A DNA stretch of 62,279 nucleotides, the filler included, from Chiloscyllium plagiosum (Eukaryota), in assembly GCF_004010195.1 (NCBI RefSeq). It is 5 parts of one record of this genome, joined end to end, with 100 filler letters (N's around TTAATTAATTAA, not from the genome) between each part and the next. Parts side by side here need not be neighbours in the genome. Positions count along the whole stretch, not along the records: positions 11,539 to 28,355 come from NC_057716.1; 4 more parts are not named here. One strand, written 5' to 3'. A program made the position numbers and the translations under genes. Under the pieces are notes generated by a model. The model was not told the DNA's origin and did not search any database. It saw only the letters and a program-made list of their open reading frames with translations. The first letter of the stretch is position 1, and each line of letters begins with the position of its first letter. This document shows positions 11,638-23,809 of this stretch, in pieces.

Positions 11638-12214
11638 CTCCTGCTCCTTGGATGCTGCCTGACCTGCTGCGCTTTTCCAGCAACACATTTTTCAACTCTG
11701 ATCTCCAGCATCTGCAGTCCTCACTTCCTCCTAGGGAAGGAAATCTGCCATCCTAAGCTGGTCTGGCTTACACGTGACTCCAGACCCACAGCGATGTACG
11801 TGACTCCTACCTGCCCTCTGAAATGGCTGAGGAAGCCATTCAGTTGTATCAATCACTAGAAAGGGAAAAAAGAATTAAACTGGACAAATCACCTGGTATT
11901 GACCTGGGCATCAGTAATGGCAGGAGCAGGCCCTGTTGACCCTGCAAATCCTTTTTAGTAACATCTGGGTGCCAACATTAGGTGAACTGTCTCACAGACT
12001 AGTCAAACAATAGCCTGACACAGTTATACTCACGGAATCATACCTTACAGTGTCCCAGACAGCACCATCACCATCCCTGGATAGACCCAGCCAAGGTTGC
12101 ACGATGCTATAGAGTCGGGTGGGAGTTGCCATGGGGTCTTCGACATTGACTCGAGTACCACAAAGTCTCATGGTACCAAATCAAACATGGACAAGGAAAC
12201 CACCTGCTGATCAG

Positions 12215-12740
12215 GTACCAATAAGAGCCCATGGTATTGGGGGTAATGTATTAGCATGGATAGGGAGTTGGCTATCTCTGGGAAAACAGACCTGGGATAA
12301 GAAGGACATTTTCAGGATAACAACTGTAACCAGTGGAGTGCTGCTGGCACCACCATTATTTACAATGAATATACTATAGTCAAGTTTGTATATGATATAG
12401 AAATAGGTGGGAAGGCAAGTGGTGAGGGTGGCAGAGCCTGTGAGGGATATAGACTGGGTACATGAAGGGCGATCTTATTGAAATACAGAAGATTCTTTTG
12501 GAACTCGATGGGATAGATCGTGAAGGGTTATATCCTTATTGCAGAAGAGTCTAGGACCAGAGGGGTATCATCTCAGAGTAAGATTAAATCCCATTTATAA
12601 CAGATGAGGAGGGATTTCTTCTCTGATGGGAACGAATCTAGAATTCTTTACTACAGAGGGCTATCAAGGCTGGGTCACTAATTATATTCGGGACTGAGGC
12701 AAACAGATCTTTAATCAGGAAGGAAATTGAGGGTTATTTG
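12215..12740 (+). mobile_element. Heavily decayed CR1 RT/3' fragment
   Basis: IRAHGIGGNVLAWIGSWL, VTSGV. Confidence 0.7.
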
Positions 12741-12745
12741 GAAAA

Positions 12746-12885
12746 TTCTGGATTAGTGGTGCTGGAAGAGCACAGCAGTTCAGGCAGCATCCAAGGAGCA
12801 GCAAAATCGACGTTTCGGGCAAAAGCCCTTCATCAGGAATAAAGGCAGAGAGCCTGAAGCGTGGAGAGATAAGCTAGGGGAGGGT
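12746..12885 (-). mobile_element. PLE family A terminal repeat running into a gap
   Basis: Reverse complement of the family A tail; contains the hammerhead at 12805-12840. Confidence 0.85.
12805..12840 (-). ncRNA. Minimal hammerhead ribozyme motif
   Basis: AUUC CUGAUGA A GGGC-UUUU-GCCC GAAAC GUC GAUU. Confidence 0.78.
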
Positions 12886-14210
12886 NNNNNNNNNNNNNNN
12901 NNNNNNNNNNNNNNNNNNNNNNNNNNNNNNNNNNNNNNNNNNNNNNNNNNNNNNNNNNNNNNNNNNNNNNNNNNNNNNNNNNNNNNNNNNNNNNNNNNNN
13001 NNNNNNNNNNNNNNNNNNNNNNNNNNNNNNNNNNNNNNNNNNNNNNNNNNNNNNNNNNNNNNNNNNNNNNNNNNNNNNNNNNNNNNNNNNNNNNNNNNNN
13101 NNNNNNNNNNNNNNNNNNNNNNNNNNNNNNNNNNNNNNNNNNNNNNNNNNNNNNNNNNNNNNNNNNNNNNNNNNNNNNNNNNNNNNNNNNNNNNNNNNNN
13201 NNNNNNNNNNNNNNNNNNNNNNNNNNNNNNNNNNNNNNNNNNNNNNNNNNNNNNNNNNNNNNNNNNNNNNNNNNNNNNNNNNNNNNNNNNNNNNNNNNNN
13301 NNNNNNNNNNNNNNNNNNNNNNNNNNNNNNNNNNNNNNNNNNNNNNNNNNNNNNNNNNNNNNNNNNNNNNNNNNNNNNNNNNNNNTGTACCAATTGAGGA
13401 GTGGCATACTCATGACCACCAAGTGGTGTGCTTGGTGCAAGACTGAAACTTGAAGCAGAGGAAAATTAATCTAGTTCATGAACAAGGACTACAGAGATAA
13501 GGAGAACTGTCTTTTCTCAGAGGGCAATGGGTCTGTGGAATTCTTTACCATAGAGAGCTGTCAAAGGTAGCTCCTATATCTTTAGAATTAGAATAAGCCT
13601 TTTTTGCCACATATATTGAATGAGTACAGTGAAACGTTTATACGTTGTCACTCACAGCACCATCTTAGATACAAAGGTACCCAGGTAGAGCTTCCTTATT
13701 TACAAGATCTTAGAAAATAGAGAAATAAATTGTCTGGTGTTGCAGAAATAAAAGTTCAGAACAATGGTCTTCCAATTTCAAACCTCACTGGCACCTAGCC
13801 TCCAATCCGCAATGGGCCCTGGCTTCATTTTGAGGATTAGGAGGCTGGGAGATCGCTTCACACTGCCACAACGGGCCAAGGACGGCATGCTAGGAAGCAG
13901 CTGCACCAGGTTGGGAAGCCGGTAGTTGTCTGATGATCTAATGGACTTCCAAATCCCTCTGTTCCATAGGTTTCTGCAGTCTTTCTCTAATTTATTAATA
14001 GAACATTACAGCGCAATACAGGCCCTTTGGCCTTCAATGTTGCGCCGACCTGTGAAAACCAATCTGAAGCCCATCTATCCTACACGATTGCATTTTCGTC
14101 CATATGTTTATCCAATGACCATTTAAATACCCTTAAAGTTGATGAGTCTACGCCCCTACTACTCTTGACTAAAGAAACTTCCTCTGACATCTGTCCTATA
14201 TCTATCATCC

Positions 14211-14381
14211 GGAGAATCGACGTTTTGGGCATGAGCCCTTCTTCAGGAATGTTTCCTGAAGAAGGGCTCATGCCCGAAACGTCGATTCTCCTGCTCCTTG
14301 GATGCTGTCTGACCTGCTGCGCTTTTCCAGCAACACATTTTCAGCTCTGATCTCCAGCATCTGCAGTCCTCACTTTCTCCT
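14211..14381. mobile_element. Palindromic PLE family A micro-insertion (about 170 bp) in the CR1 3' end
   Basis: Head-to-head hammerheads around 14251. Duplication tcctatatctatcatcc at 14194-14210 and 14378-14394. Confidence 0.9.
14252..14287 (+). ncRNA. Minimal hammerhead ribozyme motif
   Basis: UUUC CUGAAGA A GGGC-UCAU-GCCC GAAAC GUC GAUU. Confidence 0.75.
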
Positions 14382-16440
14382 ATATCTATCATCCCTCAAT
14401 TTAAAGTTATTCCCCTTATGCTAGCCATCGCCATCCAAAGAAACAGGCCCTCACTGTCCATCCTATCTAACCCTCTGATTATCTTATATGTCTCAATTAC
14501 ATCACCTCTCAACCTTTTTCTCTCTAACGAAAACAGACTCAAGTCCCTCAGCCTTTTCTCATAAGACCTTCTCTCCATACCAGGAAACATTCTAGTAAAT
14601 CTGCTCTTAACCCTTTCCAAAGCTTCCACACCTTCCTATAATGCAGTGACCAAAACTGTACACAAGTGCGTTGTGTACAGCTGCAGCATGACCTCATGAT
14701 TCCGAAACTCAGTCCCTCTGCCAATAAAAGCTAACACACCCTATGCCTTCTTAACAACCCTAACAACCTAGGTGACAACTTTCAGGGATCTATGTACATG
14801 AACACCAAGATCTCTCTGCTCATCTACACTACCAAGAATCTTACCACTAGCCCAGTACTTTGCATTCCGGTTACTCCAACCAAAGTGAATCACCTCACAC
14901 TTGTCCGCATTAAACTCCATTTTCCAACTCTCAGCCCAGCTCTGCAGCTTATCTATGTCCCTCTGTAACCTACAACATCCTTCAGCACTACCCACAACTC
15001 CACTAACCTTAGTGTCATCCACAAATTTACTCATCGAGGTCATTTATAAAAATGACAAACAGCAGGGGACCCAAAACAGATCCTTTTGGTACACCACTGG
15101 TAACTGAACTCCAGGATGAGCATTTCCCATCAACCACCACCCTCTGTCCTCTTTCAGCTAGCCAACTTCTGATCCAAACCACTAAATCGCCCTCAACCCC
15201 ATGCCTTCGTATTTTGTGCAATAGCCTACCATGGGGAACTTTATCAAACACCTTACTGAAGTCCAAATACACCACATCAACCGCTTTGCCCTCATCCACC
15301 TGTTTGGTCACCTTCTCAAAGAACTCAATAAAGTTTGTGAGACACAACCTACCCTTCACAAAACCGTGTTGACTATCCCTAATCAATTTATTCCCCTCTA
15401 GATGATTAAAAATCGTATCTCTGATAACCTTTTCCCACAACTGAAGTAAGGCTCACTGGTCTATAATTACCAGGTTGTCTCTACTCCCCTTCTTGAACAA
15501 GGGGACAACATTTGCTATCCTCCAGTCTTCTGGCACTATTTCTGGAGACCATGTCGACATAAAGATCAAAGCCAAAGGCTCTGCAATCTGCTCCCTAGCT
15601 TCCCAGAGAATCTGAGGATAAATCTCATCCGACCCAGGGGATTTATCTATTTTCACACTTTCCAGAATTGCTAAAGTCTCCTCCTTGTTAATGTCTAGTC
15701 TAGTAGCCTGTATCTCAGTGTTCTCCTCGACAACATTGTCGGTTTACTGAGGGAATACCAATGAAAAATATTCATTTAGTGCTTCGCCTATCTCTTTGGA
15801 CTCCATGCACAACTTCCCAGTACTGTCTTTGTTTGGCCCTAATCTTTCTCTAGTCATTTTTTCATTCCTGATACACCTACAGAAAGCTTTAGAGTTTTCC
15901 TTGATCTTAACTGCCAGCGACTTCTCATGTCCCCTGTTGGCTCTTCTTACCTCTCTCTTTAGGTCTTTCCTGGCTAATTTGTAACTCTCAAGTGCCCTAA
16001 CTGAGCCTTCACGTCTCATCCTAATATAAGTCTTCTTCCCCGTCGACCACTTCCTCCCTGCCTCACGGGTACATACTTATCAAGGACACGTAGTAGCTGT
16101 TCCTTGAATAAGCTTTGCATTTCAATTGTGCCCATCCTCTGCAGTTCCCCTCCCCATCCTGTGGATCCTAAATCTTGACTAATCGCATCGTAGTTGCCTT
16201 TCCCCCAGTTATAACTCTTGCCCTATCCCTTTCCATTGCTAAAGTAAACATAACTGAATTGTGGTCACTATCATCAAAGTGCTCATCTATCTTCAAAACT
16301 AATTATGGCCAGGTTCATTACCCAGTACCAAATCCAATATGGCCTTGCCTCTTGTTGGCCTGTCTACATACTGTGTCAGGTAAACCTCCTGCACACATTG
16401 GACAAAAATTGACCCATCTAAAGTACTCGAATTATAATAC

Positions 16441-16612
16441 ATCCATACAAACATATAAATAGAAAGCAGGAATTTTCAGCAGCACTTCACCTGAGGCCCA
16501 CTAAAGATGTTATCTAGTAGGATGACGAAATGTCTGGAAATGAACCTTCCAGTTCAGCTAGCAAACCTACATCCAAAACCTCAACCTGAGCGACAAATCT
16601 TCTGAAAACTCG
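16441..16612 (+). mobile_element. Probable PLE family D terminal fragment with degenerate hammerhead (16498-16537), 9-bp TSD
   Basis: CCA CUaAAGA U GUUAUC-UAGUAG-GAUGAC GAAAu GUC UGG. TSD ttataatac at 16432-16440 and 16613-16621; interrupts the CR1 endonuclease. Confidence 0.65.
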
Positions 16613-17899
16613 TTATAATACTTCCAGTCAATATTGGAAACTTAAAGTTCCCCATAACAACTACCCTGTCACTCTCATTTCTATCCAGAATTATCTTTGC
16701 TATCCTTTCCTCTACATCTCTGGAACTATTCAGAGACCTATAGAAAACTTTTCTGTTTCTAACCTCAGCCCATACTACCTCAGTAGACAAGCCCTCAAAC
16801 ATCCTTTCTGTTACCATAATACTGTACTTGACTAACAATGCCACCCTCTCTTTTACCATCTTCCCTGTTCTTACTGAAATATTAAAATCCCCGAACCTGC
16901 GACAACCATTCCTGTCCCTGCTCTATCCATGTCTCCGAAATGGCCACAACATCGAAGTTTCAGGTTCCAACCCATGCTGCAAGTTCACCATCTTCCTGTT
17001 TGCTGGTGAACTCTTGTGACCTTTAAACCATGTTTCTGACCTCACTACTCTCAACCTCCAGACACTGGAACTACAATTTTGGTTCCCATCCCCCTGCTGA
17101 GTTAGTTTAAACCCTCCCAAATAGCATTAGCTAATTCCCACCCAGCTGCCCCTACCCTAGAATATTGGTACCCCTCTGGTTCCAGTGTAGACCATCCTGG
17201 GGTCCCACTTATCCCAATTATCCAGGTATCCAAAACCCTCCCTCCCTGCACTATCCCTGTCGCCATGTGTTCAACTCCTCTCTCTCCCTATTCCTTGCCT
17301 CACTAGCACATGGCATGAGCAACAAACCAGAGATAACAACTCTGGTTGTCCTAGCTCTAAGCTTCCACCCTAGCTCCCTGAATTTCTGTCTTAAATCCCC
17401 ATCTCTTTTCATCCCTATGTTGTTGGTGCAATGTGGTCCACGATTTGTGGCTGCTCCCTCATCAAAAATCCTGAAAACACAATCCAAGATATTACAAACC
17501 CTGGGACCTGAGAGGCAACACACCAGTCGAGAGTCTCTCTCAATCCCACAGAACCTCCTATCTGTCCCCCTAACTATGGAGTCCCCAGTGACTAATGCTG
17601 TGCTCACCCCCACTCCCCACCTTCCCTTCTGGGCAACAGGGACAGACTCTGTGCCAGAGACCTGTACCCCATGGCTTACCCCTAGTAAGTCATTTTTCCC
17701 TCCCCCCCCCCCCCCCCACAAACTGTCCAAAATGGTATACTTGTTACTGAGGGGAATGACCATATTAAGTATCATCTTTAGTTCATAATCTGCCATTGTG
17801 AGTTTTGAACCCACAACCCCAAAATTATAGAATCCCTACAGTGCAGAAGCAGGCCATTCAGGCCATTGAGTTCACATTAATATACCAAACAGTATTCCA

Positions 17900-18958
17900 G
17901 CTCTTCGTGAGGGTTTAGACTAGATTGGCTGGACGGTGGGAACCGGAGCTACGGATCATATGATGCAGTAGGTAGTGAACAGCCAGATGCAGTGTGCAGA
18001 GAGTCTGTGAGGAGGGACAGACAGTTGATAGGGCAAAGGTGCAGTCAGTGTGATGGGCTGAAGTGTCTATTTTAATGCATGAAGTATCAGGAATAAGGGT
18101 GACAAACTTAGAGCATGGATCAGTATTTGGAACTATGGTGTTGTGGCCATTACAGAGACTTGGATATTACAGGGACAAAAATGGTTATTGGATGTTCTAG
18201 GGTTTAGATGTTCAAATGGAATAGGGGGCAAGATAAAAGAGGTGGGGGAGTGGCATTGCTAATCAGGGATATTATCACAGCTGCAGAAAGGAAGGTCATC
18301 GAGGAGGGTTTGTCGACAGAGTCAGTATGAATGGAAGTCAGAAACAGGAAAGGAACAGTCACTTTATTGGGAGTTTTCTACAGACCCCTCAATAGCAGCA
18401 GCGACACTGAGGAACAGATTGGGAGGTAGATTTGGGAAAGGTGCAGAAGTAACAGGGTTGTTGCCATGGGTGATTTTAACTTCACTCACATTGACTGGAA
18501 ACTCCTTAATTCAAATAGTTTGGATGGAGCAGTTTTTGTCAGGTGTGTCCAGGAAGGGTTCCTGATGCAATATGTAGATAGTCTGACTGGAGAGGATGCC
18601 ATATTGGATTTGGTGCTTGGCAACAAACTATGCCAAGTGTTCAATCTTTTGATGGGAGAGCATTTCAGTAGTAGCAATCACAACTCCCTGACCTTCACTA
18701 TACTCATGGGGAGGAACACGTGCAGACAGTATGGGAAAGTATTTAAATGGGGGAGAGGGAATTACACTGCTATTAGGTGGGAACTGGGGCACCTAAATTG
18801 GGAACAGATGTTCTCAGGGAAATGCACAGCAGAAATGTGGAGGTTGTTTAGGAAGCACTGGCTGATAGTGCTGAACAGGTTTGTCCCACTGAGGCAAGGA
18901 AGGGATGGTGGAAGAAACCTTGGAAAACAAGGGATGTAGAACATCTAATCAAGAGGAA
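17900..18958 (+). mobile_element. CR1 ORF2 APE endonuclease portion (continues at 22589-23045 after a nested insertion)
   Basis: MGDFNFTHIDW, ILDLVL, SNHN; the sequence resumes at gaggaagaagg (22589). Confidence 0.85.
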
Positions 18959-21900
18959 CATAGAACAATACAGCGCAGAACATGCCCTTTGGCCCTCAAC
19001 GTTGCACTGACCTGTGAACTATTCTCAGCTTGTCCCCTCGTACACGCTGACATCATCATCCGAGGGAAAAGACTTTCACTGTCTACTCTATCTAATCCTC
19101 TGATCATCTTGTATGTCTCTATCAAATCCCCTCTTAGCCTTCTTGCCAATGAGAACAGGTTCAAGTCTCTCAGCCTTTCCTTATAAGACCTTCCCTCCAG
19201 ACGAGGCAACATCCTGGTAAATCTCCTCTGCATCTTTTCCAATGCTTCCACATCCTTCCCGAAATATGGTGACCAGAACTGTACACAACATTCCAAGTGT
19301 GGCTGCACCAGCGTTTTGTATAGTTGCAGCATGATATTGCAGCTCCGGAACTCAATCCCTCTACCAATGAAACCTAACACCGTATGCCGCCTTAACAGCA
19401 CTATCCACCTGGGTGACAACTTTCAGGAATCTGTGTGCATGGACAACAAGATCCCTCTGCACATCCACACTACCAAGAATCTTTCCATTGACCCAGTACT
19501 CTGCCTTCCTGTTATTCTTCCCAAAGTGCATCACCTCACATTTAGCTGCATTGAACTCCATTTGCCACNNNNNNNNNNNNNNNNNNNNNNNNNNNNNNNN
19601 NNNNNNNNNNNNNNNNNNNNNNNNNNNNNNNNNNNNNNNNNNNNNNNNNNNNNNNNNNNNNNNNNNNNNNNNNNNNNNNNNNNNNNNNNNNNNNNNNNNN
19701 NNNNNNNNNNNNNNNNNNNNNNNNNNNNNNNNNNNNNNNNNNNNNNNNNNNNNNNNNNNNNNNNNNNNNNNNNNNNNNNNNNNNNNNNNNNNNNNNNNNN
19801 NNNNNNNNNNNNNNNNNNNNNNNNNNNNNNNNNNNNNNNNNNNNNNNNNNNNNNNNNNNNNNNNNNNNNNNNNNNNNNNNNNNNNNNNNNNNNNNNNNNN
19901 NNNNNNNNNNNNNNNNNNNNNNNNNNNNNNNNNNNNNNNNNNNNNNNNNNNNNNNNNNNNNNNNNNNNNNNNNNNNNNNNNNNNNNNNNNNNNNNNNNNN
20001 NNNNNNNNNNNNNNNNNNNNNNNNNNNNNNNNNNNNNNNNNNNNNNNNNNNNNNNNNNNNNNNNNNNNNNNNNNNNNNNNNNNNNNNNNNNNNNNNNNNN
20101 NNNNNNNNNNNNNNNNNNNNNNNNNNNNNNNNNNNNNNNNNNNNNNNNNNNNNNNNNNNNNNNNNNNNNNNNNNNNNNNNNNNNNNNNNNNNNNNNNNNN
20201 NNNNNNNNNNNNNNNNNNNNNNNNNNNNNNNNNNNNNNNNNNNNNNNNNNNNNNNNNNNNNNNNNNNNNNNNNNNNNNNNNNNNNNNNNNNNNNNNNNNN
20301 NNNNNNNNNNNNNNNNNNNNNNNNNNNNNNNNNNNNNNNNNNNNNNNNNNNNNNNNNNNNNNNNNNNNNNNNNNNNNNNNNNNNNNNNNNNNNNNNNNNN
20401 NNNNNNNNACCTGCCCTTGACGAAACCATGTTGACTATCTGAAATCAAATTGTTGCTTGCTAGATGATTATAAGTCTTATCTCTTACAATCCTTTCCAAA
20501 ACCTTTCCTATAACAGAAGTAAGGCTCACTGGTCTATAATTACCTGGGTCACCTCTACTGCCCTCTTGAACAAGGGCAAAACATTTGCAATCCTCCAATC
20601 CTCTGGTACTAAACCTGTAGACAATGTAGACAATGACGACTCAAATATCAAAGCCAAAGGCTCTAGCTTCCCAGAGAATCCTCGGATAAATCCCATTTGG
20701 CCCAGGGGACTTGTCTACTTTCACTCCTTCTCGAACTAATAACACCTCTTCGTAACCAACGTCGATCCTTTCTAGTCTAATATCTCATCTCTCATTCTTC
20801 TCCTCTACAATATTCTCCTTTTCCTGAGTGAAAACCAATGAGAAATATTCATTTAGCACCTCTCCAACCTTCACAGGGTCCACACTCAACTTCCCACTTC
20901 TGTCTTTGACTGGCCCTATTCCTACCCTACACTTTTATTCCTCACATACCTATAGAAAGCTTTAGGATTCTCCTTTATTCTATTTGCTAAAGACTGCTCA
21001 TGTTGTCTCTTTGCTCTTCTTAACTCTCTCTTTAAATCCTTCCTAGCTGATCTGTAACTCTCCATCGCCTCATCTGAACCATCTTTTCTCATCAACACAT
21101 AAGCCTCCTTCATTTTGCTTAACAAGAGATGCAATTTCTGTAGTAAACCACGGTTCCTTACCATATCACTTCCTCTCTGCCTGACAGGGATATACCTATC
21201 AAGGACACGCAATATCTGTTCCGTAAACAAGCTTCACATTTCCATTGTCTGCATCCCCTGCATTTTGCTACCCCATTCTATGCATCCTAATTCTTGCCTA
21301 ATTGCATTGTAATTGCCCTTGCCCCATCGATAACTCTTGACCTGGGGCATGTACCGATCCCTTTCCATGGTTAAACTAAACGTAACTGAATTATGGTCAC
21401 TCTCTCCAAAGTGCTCACCTACAACTAAATCAAACACCTGGCCTGGTTCATTACCAAGCACGAGATCCAGTGTGGCCTCCCCTCTTGTCGGCCCTTCGAC
21501 ATACTGTGTCAGGAAACCCTCCTGTACACATTGGACAAAAACTGATCCATCCGATGTACCAGAGTTATAGCATTTCCAGTCAATGTTGGGGAAGTTAAAG
21601 TCCCCTTAATGACCACCCTGTTCCTTTCACTCCTACCCAGAATAATTTTGCTAATCCTCTCTTCCACCTCCCTGGAACTCTGCGGAGGCCTGTAAAAAAA
21701 CTTCCAGTAGTGTGACCTTTCCTCTCCTGTTTCTACCCTTGGCACACACTACCTCATCAAAAGTTCTTTCAACCACCATTTTACTATCCTTGACTAACAA
21801 GGCCACACCTCCCCCTCTTTTACCGCCTTGCCCGTTCTTAATGAAAGATCTAAACCCTAGAACCTGCAACATCCATTCCTCACCCTGCTTTATCCATGTC

Positions 21901-22588
21901 TCCGAAATGGCCACAACATCGAAGTCCCAGATATCTATCCATGCTACAAGCTCACCTACCTTATTCCGGATACTTCTGGCATTGAAGTAGACACACTTCA
22001 AACCAGCTTGCTGTCTGCCAGCACATTCCTGTGACCCTGAAATCCTGTCCCTACTCTCATCCTCCTGTGCACTGCAACTACACCTCAGGTTCCCATCCCC
22101 CTGCTGAGCTGGTTTAAACCCACCCAAATAGCACCAGCAAATTTCCCACCCAGGATATTAGTACCCCTCTGGTTCAAGTGAAGACCGTCCTGTCTGTATA
22201 GGTCCCATCTTCCCCAGAATGAGCGCCAATTATCCAAGTACCTGAAACCCTCCCTCCTGCACCATCCTTGCAACCATGTGTTCAGCTGATGTCTCTCCTT
22301 ATTCCTTGCCTCGCTATCATGTGGCACAGGTAACAAACCAGAGATAACAGCTCTCGAGCTCTCAGCTTCCACCCTACCTCCGTGAAATCCTGCGTTACAT
22401 CGCTATCCCTCTTTCTACCTATATTGTTGGTACCTACATGGACCATGACTTGAGGCTGGTCACCCTCTCCCTTCAGGACCCCAAAGATACAATCTGAGAC
22501 ATCACGGACCCTGACACCTGGGAGGCAACACACCAACCATGAGTCTCGTTCATTCCCAACAAACTTTCAATCTGAGCCTCTAACTATT
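18959..22588 (-). mobile_element. CR1 LINE nested in another CR1 (ORF1 end, ORF2, 3' end; partly in gap)
   Basis: ORF1 VHVGTNNIG/DGLHLN (SGNH-like); ORF2 [31 protein letters not shown]. gaggaa repeated at 18953-18958 and 22589-22594. Confidence 0.9.
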
Positions 22589-23045
22589 GAGGAAGAAGGA
22601 AGCTTACTTAAGGTTGAGGTGGCAAGGATCAGACAGGGCTTTAGAGGGTTACAAGGTAGTCAGGAAGGAACTAAAGAATAGACTTCGGAGAGGTAGAAGG
22701 GACATGAACAAGCTTTAGTGGGTAGGATTAAGGTAAACCCTAAGGCATTCTACACTTATGTGGGGAACAAGAGGATGGCCAGAGTGAGGATAGGACCGAT
22801 CAGGGATAGTGGAGGGAACTTGTACCTAGAGTCGAAGGAGGTAGGGGAGGTCCTTAATGAATACTTAGCTTCAGTGTTCACTACTGAGAGAGACCTTGAT
22901 GTTTGTGGGGACAGACTGATACCCTCGACAGGTTGATGTTAAGGAGGAGGATGTGCTGTTAAGGAGGAGGATGTGCTGAAAGTTTTGAAAAACATAAGAG
23001 TAGATAAGTCCCCTGGGTCAACTGGGGTATACCCGAGGTTATAAC
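22589..23045 (+). mobile_element. CR1 ORF2 continuation
   Basis: RIKVNPKAFYTYV...LNEYLASVFT. Confidence 0.8.
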
Positions 23046-23047
23046 GA

Positions 23048-23790
23048 CTTGGAGAAAGTGATGACTGCAGATGCTGGAGATCAGGCACTGGAAAATCACA
23101 GCAGGTCAGGCAGCGTCTGAGGAGCAGGAGAGTCAACATTTCGAGCATGGACAGGTAGGACTATTAAAGAGGGTGGTGCTGATTTGGAGGGTTGGATCTG
23201 GGATAAGGTAGGGGGAGGGAAGATGAGGAAACTGGTGAAATCAATGTTGATCCTGTGTGGTTGGAGGGTCCTAAGACAGAAGATGAGGTGTTCTTCCTCC
23301 AGGCATCTGGTGGCTCGGATTTGGTGGTGGAAGAGGCCCAGATCTTGCATGTCCTTGACAGAGTGGGAGAGGGAGTTGAAGTGGTCAGCCACAGGGCAGT
23401 GAGGTTGTTAAGTGTGTGTGTCCCAAAGAGGTTCTCTGAAAGGTTCCACAAGTTGGCATCCTGTCTCCCCAATGTAGAGAAGACCACATCGAGAGCAATG
23501 GAGACAGTAGATGAGGTGTTTGGATGTCCAGGAAAATCTCTGCCTAATGTGCAAGGATCCTTTGGGGCCTTGGATGGAGGTGAGGCGGACGGGTGTGGGC
23601 TCAGGTGTGGGCAGTGGCAAGGGGAAGGTTACCGGGAGGGGTTGGTGGGGGCCATGGACCTAACGAGAGTGTTGCAGAGGGAATGGTCTCTGCGGGACAC
23701 AGGTAAGGGTGGGGAGGGAAATATATATCTTGTGGTGGGGTCTGACTGTAGGTGGCGGATATGGTGGAGGATGATGCAATGTATGCGGGG
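23048..23790 (-). mobile_element. Penelope-like element, GIY-YIG endonuclease region and 3' tail (decayed)
   Basis: LIYCLHCSRCGLLYIGETG, ADHFNS, EEHLIFCLRTLQPHRINIDF; family A tail at the left end. Confidence 0.88.
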
Positions 23791-23809
23791 ATTAATGAGT
23801 AAAAACATT

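Larger units (their letters stand above)
11237..11732. mobile_element. Palindromic PLE family A insertion (centre in gap), 15-bp TSD
   Basis: Arms 11237-11438 (-) and 11539-11732 (+) are reverse complements. TSD agggaaggaaatctg at 11222-11236 and 11733-11747. Confidence 0.9.
11065..12210 (+). mobile_element. 5' region and APE-endonuclease remnant of a second (non-CR1-type) LINE family, interrupted by a PLE palindrome
   Basis: Remnant LGELSHRLVKQ*PDTVILTESYL near 11980-12050. The same 5' sequence occurs inverted at about 8815-8930. Clade not determined. Confidence 0.55.
13997..17760 (-). mobile_element. CR1 LINE, long decayed copy (ORF1 esterase part, ORF2 EN-RT, 3' end) with two PLE insertions
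   Basis: ORF1 GDSIVRG/VVISGLL (SGNH-like); ORF2 [38 protein letters not shown]; 3' tail gttctat. Confidence 0.92.

Noticed and set aside
11620..11859. Recurring small ORF MPETSILLLLGCCLTCCAFPA... in many places
   Set aside because: It is a translation of the non-coding PLE family A tail, not a peptide gene family.
19316..20598. Long ORFs spanning N runs (also 3025-3660, 12833-13440)
   Set aside because: Artefacts of translating through gaps.
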